Positions 9,235 to 17,257 of a DNA stretch of 18,401 nt are shown one piece after another (position 1 is the first letter of the stretch; the number at the start of each line of letters is the position of its first letter). Origin of the DNA: Candidatus Methanomethylicia archaeon (GTDB lineage: Archaea; Thermoproteota; Methanomethylicia; CALHIW01); assembly GCA_038845975.1 (NCBI GenBank), contig JAWBQF010000041.1:1-18401 (forward strand), in the 5' to 3' direction. The notes under the pieces were generated by a model that saw only the letters and a program-made list of their open reading frames with translations, ran no database searches and had not been told where the DNA came from. The position numbers and the translations under genes are program-made.

Positions 9235-9373
9235 TGGAAATTCTTAAATACTACGGTTATAAATTTATTATGGTTCTTATGGTGTTTAGTAGGGTTGTTG
9301 ATAGTGTTCTTGAACTTATCGGTAATACTCCAATGATAAGACTAAATAGGATAGGTAAAAATTTAAAATCAAA
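9235..9373 (+). repeat. Exact 139-bp direct repeat, copy 2 (native cysteine synthase promoter and 5' end)
   Basis: Identical to 7188-7326; begins at a BRE-TATA-like ggaaattcTTAAATA. Confidence 0.95.
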
Positions 9374-10265
9374 AATTCTTGCAAAATGCGAGTTTCTAAA
9401 TCCTAGTGGAAGCTATAAAGATCGTATAGCGCTTAAAATGATTGATGAAGAGGAAAAAAGAGGTGGAATAAGCCCTAGTAAAACAGTTATTTTAGAATCA
9501 AGCTCCGGTAATACTGCTATAGCTCTAGCAATGGTCGGTGCTGTGAAGGGATATAAAGTTAAAATATACTATCCGGAGCCCGCATGGACTCCTGAAAAGG
9601 TTAAGATTCTTCAACGATTTGGAGCTGAAATAATAACCATATCATTAGAGGAAACGGAGATTCAGCGCAAATATGGTTTACATGGTGCGAGAATTGAAAT
9701 ACCTGGCCGAGTAAAATGTTCAGAGCTAGAGCAAATAGATCCTGAACACTACTGGTGGGCTAAACAGTTCAGCAATCCTAATAATTGGAGAGCACATACA
9801 GATCTAGGTAGGGAAATTCTAGAGCAAACAAATGGAGAAGTTGACGTATTCGTAGCATCGATAGGTACTGGCGGCTGTCTTTATGGTGTTGCTAAAGTAC
9901 TAAAGGAGGCAAATCCAAACTGTAGAGTAATTGCAGTACAGCCAGGAGGCTGGAAGGGATGGATTGATCCATTATCGCCCGATACTAAATACATACCTGG
10001 AATAACTGGAGGCATTATAGAAATGATAAGAAATGAAGGAATTTTCGACGATAAAGTAATGGTCTCCACAGAGGAAGCACGTGAAATGGCATATAGGCTA
10101 TCCAGAGAGGAGGGATTATTTGTAGGCATATCATCAGGAGCAAACGTACTTGTTGCCCTAAGGGAGGCTATAAGGTTAGATAAAGAGGGAAGAAATGGAA
10201 ACGTAGTTACAGTTCTAGTTGATCGTGGAGATAGATACTTTACTGATGAGACGTACATTACCTAG
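9270..10265 (+). CDS. cysK: PLP-dependent cysteine synthase family protein (CysK/CysM/CBS fold type II); start 9270 or 9279 rather than 9234
   Basis: LIGNTPMIRL, KCEFLNPSGSYKDR (PLP Lys), ESSSGNTA, QFSNPNN, ASIGTGG, EEGLFVGISSGAN, DRGDRY; exact substrate not determinable. Confidence 0.85.
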   Translation: MVLMVFSRVVDSVLELIGNTPMIRLNRIGKNLKSKILAKCEFLNPSGSYKDRIALKMIDEEEKRGGISPSKTVILESSSGNTAIALAMVGAVKGYKVKIYYPEPAWTPEKVKILQRFGAEIITISLEETEIQRKYGLHGARIEIPGRVKCSELEQIDPEHYWWAKQFSNPNNWRAHTDLGREILEQTNGEVDVFVASIGTGGCLYGVAKVLKEANPNCRVIAVQPGGWKGWIDPLSPDTKYIPGITGGIIEMIRNEGIFDDKVMVSTEEAREMAYRLSREEGLFVGISSGANVLVALREAIRLDKEGRNGNVVTVLVDRGDRYFTDETYIT

Positions 10266-10592
10266 ATTTACTATGAAGTCCTCTAAACCATTACTTGTAA
10301 TATCTGTAGGATTTCATGAGCTACTTGATGATAGATGTAGAGTTATTATTTTATTCTGGAGCTAAGACTAATACTAGATTATGGCGGCTATTATAAATGA
10401 TATAGTAGATAACGATTATGGCTTATAAGTTTAAGTATTGAGGTATACGGTCTACTATGTTAAAGCTTAATCGATAAAGGATGATTTAAAGATAAGTCTT
10501 AACTATGCAGCTACGTAAAGCCTATAGTTAAGTATTCAACCTAACGGTAGGTATAACTTCATCACTTTTACATAGTGGGAATATCAAGAAGA

Positions 10593-10723
10593 GCTTTGTG
10601 GCTTAATATTCATTTCTCGTAATCTATATCATTAAATACTATGGTTATAGGAATGCTTATTAAGCTTTTTCGTACTTTATGTAAACTTGAATTTGCAAAA
10701 TTTCGGAATTAAGCCACAAAGCA
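10593..10723. mobile_element. 131-bp MITE with IS6-like ends
   Basis: Perfect 15-bp TIRs gctttgtggcttaat (10593-10607) / attaagccacaaagc (10708-10722); perfect 8-bp direct repeat caagaaga at 10585-10592 and 10724-10731; no coding capacity. Confidence 0.88.
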
Positions 10724-10750
10724 CAAGAAGATTAATTACAGCTTAGCATA

Positions 10751-11000
10751 GATGTGGAAGGGGTTAAAGCTTATTTTAAGAGCGGAGTTTAGGGGGAATA
10801 TAGATGTAACCTGGTAGATTAAACTGAACATGGAAGACCATAGAGACTTGATGGAAGAATCATAGAGAATGAAGATGCTATAGAAGATTACTTATATGGC
10901 TAGCAGCGTTTAGAGAATCCGTAAACATGAAGGCTAGCATTAATGCTCCATGAACCCAATGCTTTATATGGAAACTTGATGAACTCTCAAAGTAATAGCT
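10751..11000 (+). pseudogene. Decayed coding relic of unknown family
   Basis: One purine-rich frame DVEGVKAYFKSGV*GEYRCNLVD*TEHGRP*RLDGRIIENEDAIEDYLYG*QRLENP* with stops one transition away from Trp/Gln codons. Confidence 0.35.
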
Positions 11001-11281
11001 TACTGTTCCTTAGGCTTATAAGGCTTCAACTTAACTTATGTCTTCCACGAGTATGATTTAATTCTAAACGTAAATTTAATTTTAGTGGATAAAATATTGG
11101 AACAAATACAAGCTATAAAGCTATACTATGTAAACTATTAAAGCATGCTGAGAAAATAAATGGCATACTATAATTAGGTAGGACATAAATCACTAACAAT
11201 AAGCAACATATAGAAAATGGAGGTTCCGGTAGAGATGAAATAATATAAGCTTCTAGAGTTAACAGGAGCTTCAGTTTGATT

Positions 11282-11310
11282 GAAAAAGTTTAAATTAATT
11301 TCCGGAATAT
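11282..11310 (+). promoter_or_regulatory. Putative nrpR BRE-TATA followed by a TTCCGGAA palindrome
   Basis: gaaaaagTTTAAAT (11282-11295) then ttccggaa (11300-11307), ATG at 11321. Confidence 0.5.
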
Positions 11311-11320
11311 TATCTTAGTT

Positions 11321-12304
11321 ATGGCTCGATCAGATGAAGTTTCAAGAAGGGAAATTGAGATATTAAGAATTTTAAGCGAATCAAGAGAACCTATTGGATC
11401 GACATTAATTCGGAGGGAGCTTGAGAAGAGAGGTATCTTCATTAGTGAGAGAACCGTAAGATATCATCTTCAACTACTGGAGCTGAAGGGTTTGGTCTCA
11501 GGACATGAGCATGGGGGGCGAGTTATAACCGCTCAAGGCTTAGATGAGCTTAGTAAAGCTTTGGTCCTCCATAGGCTAGGCTTCGTTATTACCAGATTCC
11601 TATCAATGGCTTACTCGGTTACGTATGATCCTATTGTAAACTCCGGAATGGTTGTTGCTAATGTTTCAATTATCGACAAATCCGTCCATGATAAGGCTAT
11701 TGAGATAACAAGGAATTTGCATGAGAAAAACCTACTTCTAGCGCCGTATATTAAGGTACTTGATGAAGGTGAGGAATATCAAAACATAGCTGTTCCGGAG
11801 GAAAAAATAGCTCTTTTTACTGTTTGCGATTTAACTATTGATGGGGTGCTTATCCATTCAGGAATTCCTATATTTTTTAAGTATGGCGGATTAGTTCAAG
11901 TTGTGAATTACAAGCCAATACGTTTTACTGAGCTTATATCTTATGATGGAACAACAATACCTCCACTCGAGCTTTTCGTAAGGAGTGGTCAAACATCAAT
12001 CATTAAAGTTATGAGGACGGGATCGGGAATGCTGCCGGTAGCTTTAAGGGAGATTGTAGTTGAGGCAAGGGAAAGAGCTATTAAGATTCTTTCAACATTA
12101 GAGAAGAGAGGTTGGAAAGGTATATTAGCTATAGGTTCTCCTAATGAGTCAATACTTGGCGTATCCGTAGCTATGGATAGATTTGGTCTATGTATGATAG
12201 GCGGTCTTGTACCTGGAGCTGCTCTTCTAGAGGAAGGGGTTAAAATTGAAACCTTTGCTCCGCATTCTCTAGTCCCAATTGAGGATATGGAGAGAATAGA
12301 TTAA
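11321..12304 (+). CDS. nrpR: NrpR-family transcriptional regulator (wHTH plus a single NRD/DUF128 domain)
   Basis: EILRIL..EPIGS..ISERTVRYHL..GRVIT..GLDEL N-terminus; TVCDLTIDGVL..GIP..YGG, RFTELISYDGTTIPPLELF; 327 aa fits one NRD. Confidence 0.88.
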   Translation: MARSDEVSRREIEILRILSESREPIGSTLIRRELEKRGIFISERTVRYHLQLLELKGLVSGHEHGGRVITAQGLDELSKALVLHRLGFVITRFLSMAYSVTYDPIVNSGMVVANVSIIDKSVHDKAIEITRNLHEKNLLLAPYIKVLDEGEEYQNIAVPEEKIALFTVCDLTIDGVLIHSGIPIFFKYGGLVQVVNYKPIRFTELISYDGTTIPPLELFVRSGQTSIIKVMRTGSGMLPVALREIVVEARERAIKILSTLEKRGWKGILAIGSPNESILGVSVAMDRFGLCMIGGLVPGAALLEEGVKIETFAPHSLVPIEDMERID

Positions 12305-13680
12305 TGCTTTAACAAATACCTATTTATTGATTCTGCTGCTATTTTTCCAGCTTTTATTGCCTCTATAACTGATGAAGCACCACTTACTACATCGCCTCCC
12401 GCAAAAATTCCATCAACCACCTCTAGTGTTTCTGGATTAACAATTACTGTCTTATTTTTCTCCGCAATTTTTATGCTTCTTAAAGTATTTAATGCTGCAA
12501 TTATGTTAGGTATATGCTTTGTTGCAATAATAACCGTTTCAGTACTATAGGAAAAGCTTTGCTCCGAAATTAGTTTTTGTCCTCCTATTCCATCGGATGG
12601 CTCCTGTTTCAACTTCATGAGTTCAACCATTTTCACCCACTTCTTCTCATCACCTATAAGTTTAACGGGCTTAGTTAACGGTTGAAGCTTTACACCCTCC
12701 TCTACTCCACGTCTAATATCATCAATTCGTCCTACAATTCTTCTCTGGTAGAATATGTAGACCTCCTCAGCTCCCAATCTAAGAGCACATCTTGCAGCAT
12801 CCATTCCTCTAGCACCTAGAATTGCAACCTTACCTTGAACTCTTAATGGAGTTCTGCTTTTATATGGAAATAAATATGCCTTCAAGAGGTTTACTCTAAG
12901 TAGAAACTCGTTTAGGTGATAAACACCACAGAGATTCTCTCCAGGAATGCCTAGTAGCTTAGGTAATCCTGCCCCAGTACCGAGGAAAATCGAGTTAAAC
13001 CCTTCATCGAAGAGATCATCTATTGTTAATGTTTTACCTATGATGATATTCGTTCTTATTTCAACTCCAAACCTTCTAATAATATCTATTTCCTTCTTAA
13101 CGATTTTTTTCGGTAGACGAAATTCCGGTATACCGTAGGTTAGAACACCACCTGGTTCATGTAATGCCTCAAAGATAACTACATGGTGTCCTTTTCTCGC
13201 CAGATCGGCTGCTACACTTAAACCTGCAGGTCCACTTCCTACAACTGCTACGCTTTTCCCAGTAGATGAAGCCGTATTTGGAGTTACTGGTCCATTTTCT
13301 AGCTCCCAATCTGCAACAAACCTTTCAAGTGCTCCTATGTTTATAGGATCCCCAATAGTGTTTTTACATCCCATAACACATAATACTTCTTGTGGACATA
13401 CTCTTCCACATATTGAAGGCATACAGTTCCTCTGCCGGATTTTCTCAGCAGCCTCAATATAATTACCTGTCTTAATGAGTTTGATAAATCCTGGTATATC
13501 TATATGTAGAGGGCACATTTCCACGCAAAGAGGATGCGAACATTGTAAGCATCTAGCTGCCTCTGCTAATGCCTGCTCTTCACTATATCCTAAAACCACC
13601 TCATCGAAGGTTCGTACACGCTCCTCCACAGGCAATTCCGGTACTTGAATTTGTTTTAATCTTATTTCCAGTTTTTGCAT
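12301..13680 (-). CDS. sudA: NfnL/SudA (GltD-like) FAD and 2x[4Fe-4S] oxidoreductase with an atypical NADPH-binding loop
   Basis: EAARCLQC..PLCVEMCP, ICGRVCPQE..C..C, IGALERF, VAVVGSGPAGL, YGIPEFRLPK, GIFAGGDVVSG; adjacent to sudB. Confidence 0.88.
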   Translation of the reverse strand: MQKLEIRLKQIQVPELPVEERVRTFDEVVLGYSEEQALAEAARCLQCSHPLCVEMCPLHIDIPGFIKLIKTGNYIEAAEKIRQRNCMPSICGRVCPQEVLCVMGCKNTIGDPINIGALERFVADWELENGPVTPNTASSTGKSVAVVGSGPAGLSVAADLARKGHHVVIFEALHEPGGVLTYGIPEFRLPKKIVKKEIDIIRRFGVEIRTNIIIGKTLTIDDLFDEGFNSIFLGTGAGLPKLLGIPGENLCGVYHLNEFLLRVNLLKAYLFPYKSRTPLRVQGKVAILGARGMDAARCALRLGAEEVYIFYQRRIVGRIDDIRRGVEEGVKLQPLTKPVKLIGDEKKWVKMVELMKLKQEPSDGIGGQKLISEQSFSYSTETVIIATKHIPNIIAALNTLRSIKIAEKNKTVIVNPETLEVVDGIFAGGDVVSGASSVIEAIKAGKIAAESINRYLLKH

Positions 13681-14507
13681 CTATGCTTCACCATAATTTT
13701 GAGTGCAACCTCCTCCTCTTCCCTATACATTTGAGTTCTTGCAATAAGCTCTTCAAAGTCTACTAGGTGGGCATCAAAGTCAGGACCATCAACACATGCA
13801 AACATAGATTTGCCACCAACAGTTACACGACAGCATCCACACATTCCAGTTCCATCAACCATTAGAGGATTAAGGCTAACAACTGTTTTGATTTTGTAGG
13901 GCTTAGTGGTTTCTGCTATTTCCCTCATTAAAATTACTGGTCCAACAGCATATACTAAGTCAAATTTTTCTCCTAGCTCCAATATGTTTCTTAGAACATC
14001 ATTAGCGTATCCCTTCACCCCTTCAGAGCCATCATCAGTAGCGATGATAAGCCTATCACTTATCTTCTTAAACTCATCCCTATAAATCAGGTCTTTAGCT
14101 GTTCGAGCGCTAATAATGGCTACTACATTGCTACCAGCCTCCTTCATTCTTCTAGCTCTCTCATAAGCTGCCGCAATAGCAACTCCTCCGCCAATTATAC
14201 AAACCCTTCCGTTAGAGATGATTTTGCTAGGTTTCCCTAATGGTCCTACTAAATCGTGAATAAAGTCTCCAACCTCCAAACTTCCAAGATCCTTTGTGGA
14301 TGCTCCAACTTCCTTAAACACTAAGGTTATTACGCCGTCTTTGGGATTCCAGTCTATCAAGTCTAAAGGTATTCTCTCATCATCCTCATTCACTCTTAAA
14401 ATTACAAATTGTCCTGATCTCGCTTTTCGTGCAATTAATGGTGCCCGTACTTTTATGAGTTTAACTCCTGGAGCTAACTCCTCCTTAAATACTATTTCAT
14501 TCACCAT
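13662..14507 (-). CDS. sudB: NfnS/SudB (PyrK-like) FAD/NAD and [2Fe-2S] subunit
   Basis: GQFVILR..ERIPL, VGPLGKP, IGGGV, TDDGSEG, SLNPLMVDGTGMCGCCRV..CVDGPDFD; overlaps the sudA start by 19 bp. Confidence 0.9.
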   Translation of the reverse strand: MVNEIVFKEELAPGVKLIKVRAPLIARKARSGQFVILRVNEDDERIPLDLIDWNPKDGVITLVFKEVGASTKDLGSLEVGDFIHDLVGPLGKPSKIISNGRVCIIGGGVAIAAAYERARRMKEAGSNVVAIISARTAKDLIYRDEFKKISDRLIIATDDGSEGVKGYANDVLRNILELGEKFDLVYAVGPVILMREIAETTKPYKIKTVVSLNPLMVDGTGMCGCCRVTVGGKSMFACVDGPDFDAHLVDFEELIARTQMYREEEEVALKIMVKHRCKNWK

Positions 14508-14517
14508 GCTTAACCAT

Positions 14518-15141
14518 CTAGCTCCTATAGAGTCCCTTAGAGATCCCGCTAATAACCTCTTTAGGGGCTTTTCCAGTAATTAGGTCTGAGAAGGCTCTCT
14601 TCAAGTTTGTTCTCTCACCAAATGAACTATATCTTTCTAGAGCTACATCAAGAACCTCTGCAATAACTGGTATTTTTTGTCTATAAATTTTCCTTGCGGT
14701 ACTCCAGCATTTAATGAAGTCGGAATAATCTAAACCTAGATCGAAATACTTCATTAGGGTAATAAGAGATAGCTTTTGAGGATCCTCCTCTAAGTAGGCC
14801 CTATCCTTGAGCTTATTGCTACTGTAAAGGTAACTCCAGTAAATATAAGTATAGAAGATATCTGTTGTTCTAGGCTGGAATTCTGGACAGCTAACACGTG
14901 GATAATGTCCTCTTGCACAGAGAACGCATCCATCAATATCCATTCGGTCCTCAAAATTTTTACATTCAATACAAAACCTTGTCTTTGATGCTGTAGCCTT
15001 TACTCCTTCAAATTTTTCCTGAAACTCTGGACAGGCTATATGAGGATGGTGGCCCTTAATGCAGAGGACAACTCCATCTATCTCCATTCTATCCTCAAAG
15101 TTCTTACATTCTAAACAGAATCTGGAGTCCATGTTTACCAC
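14518..15141 (-). CDS. Uncharacterised protein with two tandem CX2CX14CX3HX5C metal-binding repeats; first gene of the nfn operon
   Basis: Repeats at aa 7-41 and 55-89 are 26/35 identical; ends 10 bp before the sudB start; TATA upstream. Confidence 0.8.
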   Translation of the reverse strand: MVNMDSRFCLECKNFEDRMEIDGVVLCIKGHHPHIACPEFQEKFEGVKATASKTRFCIECKNFEDRMDIDGCVLCARGHYPRVSCPEFQPRTTDIFYTYIYWSYLYSSNKLKDRAYLEEDPQKLSLITLMKYFDLGLDYSDFIKCWSTARKIYRQKIPVIAEVLDVALERYSSFGERTNLKRAFSDLITGKAPKEVISGISKGLYRS

Positions 15142-15151
15142 TTAATAACTA

Positions 15152-15188
15152 GGCTACCGGTTACCTATTGCCATATATAAGTCTTTCT
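15152..15188 (-). promoter_or_regulatory. Putative promoter and operator of the three-gene operon
   Basis: Minus strand agaaagacTTATATAT followed by ggcaataGGTAACCGGTAGCC, then GTG at 15141. Confidence 0.5.
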
Positions 15189-15305
15189 ATGAGATGATAT
15201 TACACTTTACGAACTAACTGCTTCAAACTCTAGAAGTTTTTCATACATTCATAATCATTACATTAAGAGTTTTTCGAACAAATTCATATAGAATTAGGAC
15301 GAAAA

Positions 15306-15416
15306 AGAAACCAATTCTTTAATAGCTTTATAGCTTAGTATTTGACCTTTAGCATAATAATTTACGTAAGTTTGCTTATGGCTTAATTATAAGACCTAAT
15401 AGCCATACTACCATTA
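15306..15416. repeat. Dispersed degenerate intergenic repeat, copy B
   Basis: Colinear with 1-115, same orientation. Confidence 0.75.
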
Positions 15417-15645
15417 TAATCTACAGGCAAGCTTAAATAATTCACTACTACCTAACAATAATTTCCATTAAATTATTGCTGCTAAAATATTCCAGAAGAT
15501 CAAAACAATAACTTAACATTTAAACTTCTAAACTTCTACATACCCTAGGTTTACAGTTAAACAAGCTTTGTTAATCTTAGAAACTCATGAGGGATAATAT
15601 GAACTGAAATTTGCGACATCAGAGTTTGGCTAAGTTAAGTATTAG

Positions 15646-15864
15646 GGTAGTATGCTATTCGGTTTTCTAATAGATAGTAGAGCTGGTAGTTAATTTAAGT
15701 TTTCCATTCTATCATTAGTGTTATTTTCAGTATTACTTCTTACTTTAAGCTTTTCACTGCTGCTTATGGCTCTCAGGGATGAACGTCTTTATATGGAGTT
15801 ATATATTGGAATACAATGGGGGAATACTATACTAAAACTACTAGGCATGTGGCTAAAATGTTAA
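15646..15864 (+). pseudogene. Probable MFS transporter relic
   Basis: GSMLFGFLIDSRAGS*FKFSILSLVLFSVLLLTLSFS..RLYMELYIGIQWG..LLGMW resembles MFS motif A, TM3 and the R..G..IG.EWG..E.W segment; internal stop and truncation. Confidence 0.4.
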
Positions 15865-15885
15865 ACTTATAGTAATTATATAATT

Positions 15886-16110
15886 TTAAACTATTTTCCA
15901 TCTTTCCCTTTCTAAATTTGTTTTCTTCTTGATGACTTTCTTAATAACCTTATAATGTTTCTCACATAGATATATACTTCTTCCTCCACTCTTAAATTGA
16001 AACCCTATATTGGATGGTATGTTTTTTAAAGATATTGACTTAACAGCATGATCAATACAGTTATGAATCGAACATTCAACTCCCTTTCTAACCTTTCCCA
16101 TTAAGACCAC
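15886..16110 (-). CDS. Small basic Zn-finger-like conserved archaeal protein; likely start ATG 16101
   Basis: CX4C..YLCX2HY motif and Lys-rich C-terminal helix; minus-strand TATA (ttaaataa) near 16132-16139. Confidence 0.75.
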   Translation of the reverse strand: MVLMGKVRKGVECSIHNCIDHAVKSISLKNIPSNIGFQFKSGGRSIYLCEKHYKVIKKVIKKKTNLERERWKIV

Positions 16111-16158
16111 TATAACCTAAGTAGTAGCGAATTATTTAAGCTTACCTGTAGATCACTA

Positions 16159-16788
16159 GGCTCAGCAACTTAAGTTTCACTTCCTTAAGTAGTTGTAGTA
16201 TGTGAACATGTTGCAAATTGGGTTCAGTATTCTATGCTTCTTATTCACCTCATTTCCTCGTTGTTTTGGGTTTACATTTGTGTTGTTGAAGAATGCTTTG
16301 TTCTCCGTTTAGCGATGAGAATACCGATTCTACAATACTTCTTCTCCGAATCGATGATAATATTCCAAGATTATTAATGCCTTTAAGCAATGGATATCCA
16401 CCATTCGGCTTTCTATCGCATATCTTAATACTCGACTAAGAAATGATCTAGCTGAAAGAACGATCCTGAATGATCTCTCATACATACTATCTTATTCCTC
16501 CTAACATCTAGATGAAAATGTAGCTAATCCATTATCTTAACGTATATTTCATCAACAGCTATAAATTGCCTAGGCTTAACTTCTATAGATAGACAATTCT
16601 TCAACTTAACAACCCAAACAGATGTCTTAGAAAACCTCTTAGACAATGCCTTAGCAGTCCTCCTAATACAATTGAACATAAAGGCTAAAACTAAGAACCT
16701 TAAGCTCAAAGGAAATCTCTCAACAACATTCCTCAAACATAAGATAAATAATAGAAATGCACAACTAAAACCTTAAGTTGCCAGGTCC
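16159..16788 (-). mobile_element. Degenerate IS6-family element (~630 bp); ORF 16524-16736 is the transposase N-terminal fragment
   Basis: TIRs ggctcagcaacttaag / cttaagttgccaggtcc; degenerate 8-bp TSD gatcacta (16151-16158) / gattatta (16789-16796); RRTAKALSKRFSKTSVW..FIAVDEIYVK is the IS6 HTH plus first catalytic D. Confidence 0.85.
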
Positions 16789-17257
16789 GATTATTATATC
16801 TATGAGCTTTAGCTTTAGGAATACTCTCATGCACGGTAATACTTTCCACACAACGCTTATATTAAAATATTTTGTAAATATGTTCATCCTACTCTAAATC
16901 ATACTATGTTTTAAGGGTTCTACTTAAGTTCGTAAAGTCATCTAGAATCTCCATATAACGATATGATGAATTCATGATATTAGGTGAGAGAATTCAGTAG
17001 TTTAGAAATCTTAAACAGCTCTGGAAAATTAACTATTATATTATGGATTTCCGTAGGGCTGATGAGGATTAGGATAAAATATTTGAGATTTCAATAACAA
17101 TCAAGAAACGGTCCTGTATTGAATGATATTTAGAGGTTTATACTTATGTTTTAACTTCAAGAACTCCATATTAACTCTAATAACCACTTAGTATCCTTTC
17201 AATTAACTTCGCTTTAATTCCTAAGGCTCATCATATTTAGGGATAACAGGACTTCTA

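Noticed and set aside
9234-9269. Extended cysK N-terminus from ATG 9234
   Set aside because: The segment overlaps the BRE-TATA, and family homology begins near 9279
9881-10258. 125-aa minus-strand ORF
   Set aside because: Antisense shadow of cysK
10751-10930. In-frame TAG codons as pyrrolysine or stop-codon recoding
   Set aside because: TAA and TGA occur in the same frame and intact genes end at TAG normally; decay is the simpler explanation
12947-14583. Plus-strand ORFs 12947-13138, 13569-13766 and 14296-14583
   Set aside because: Antisense shadows of sudA/sudB
16963-17070. C-box-like ATGATGA and TGATGA words as a second C/D sRNA
   Set aside because: No CTGA D box at the expected spacing
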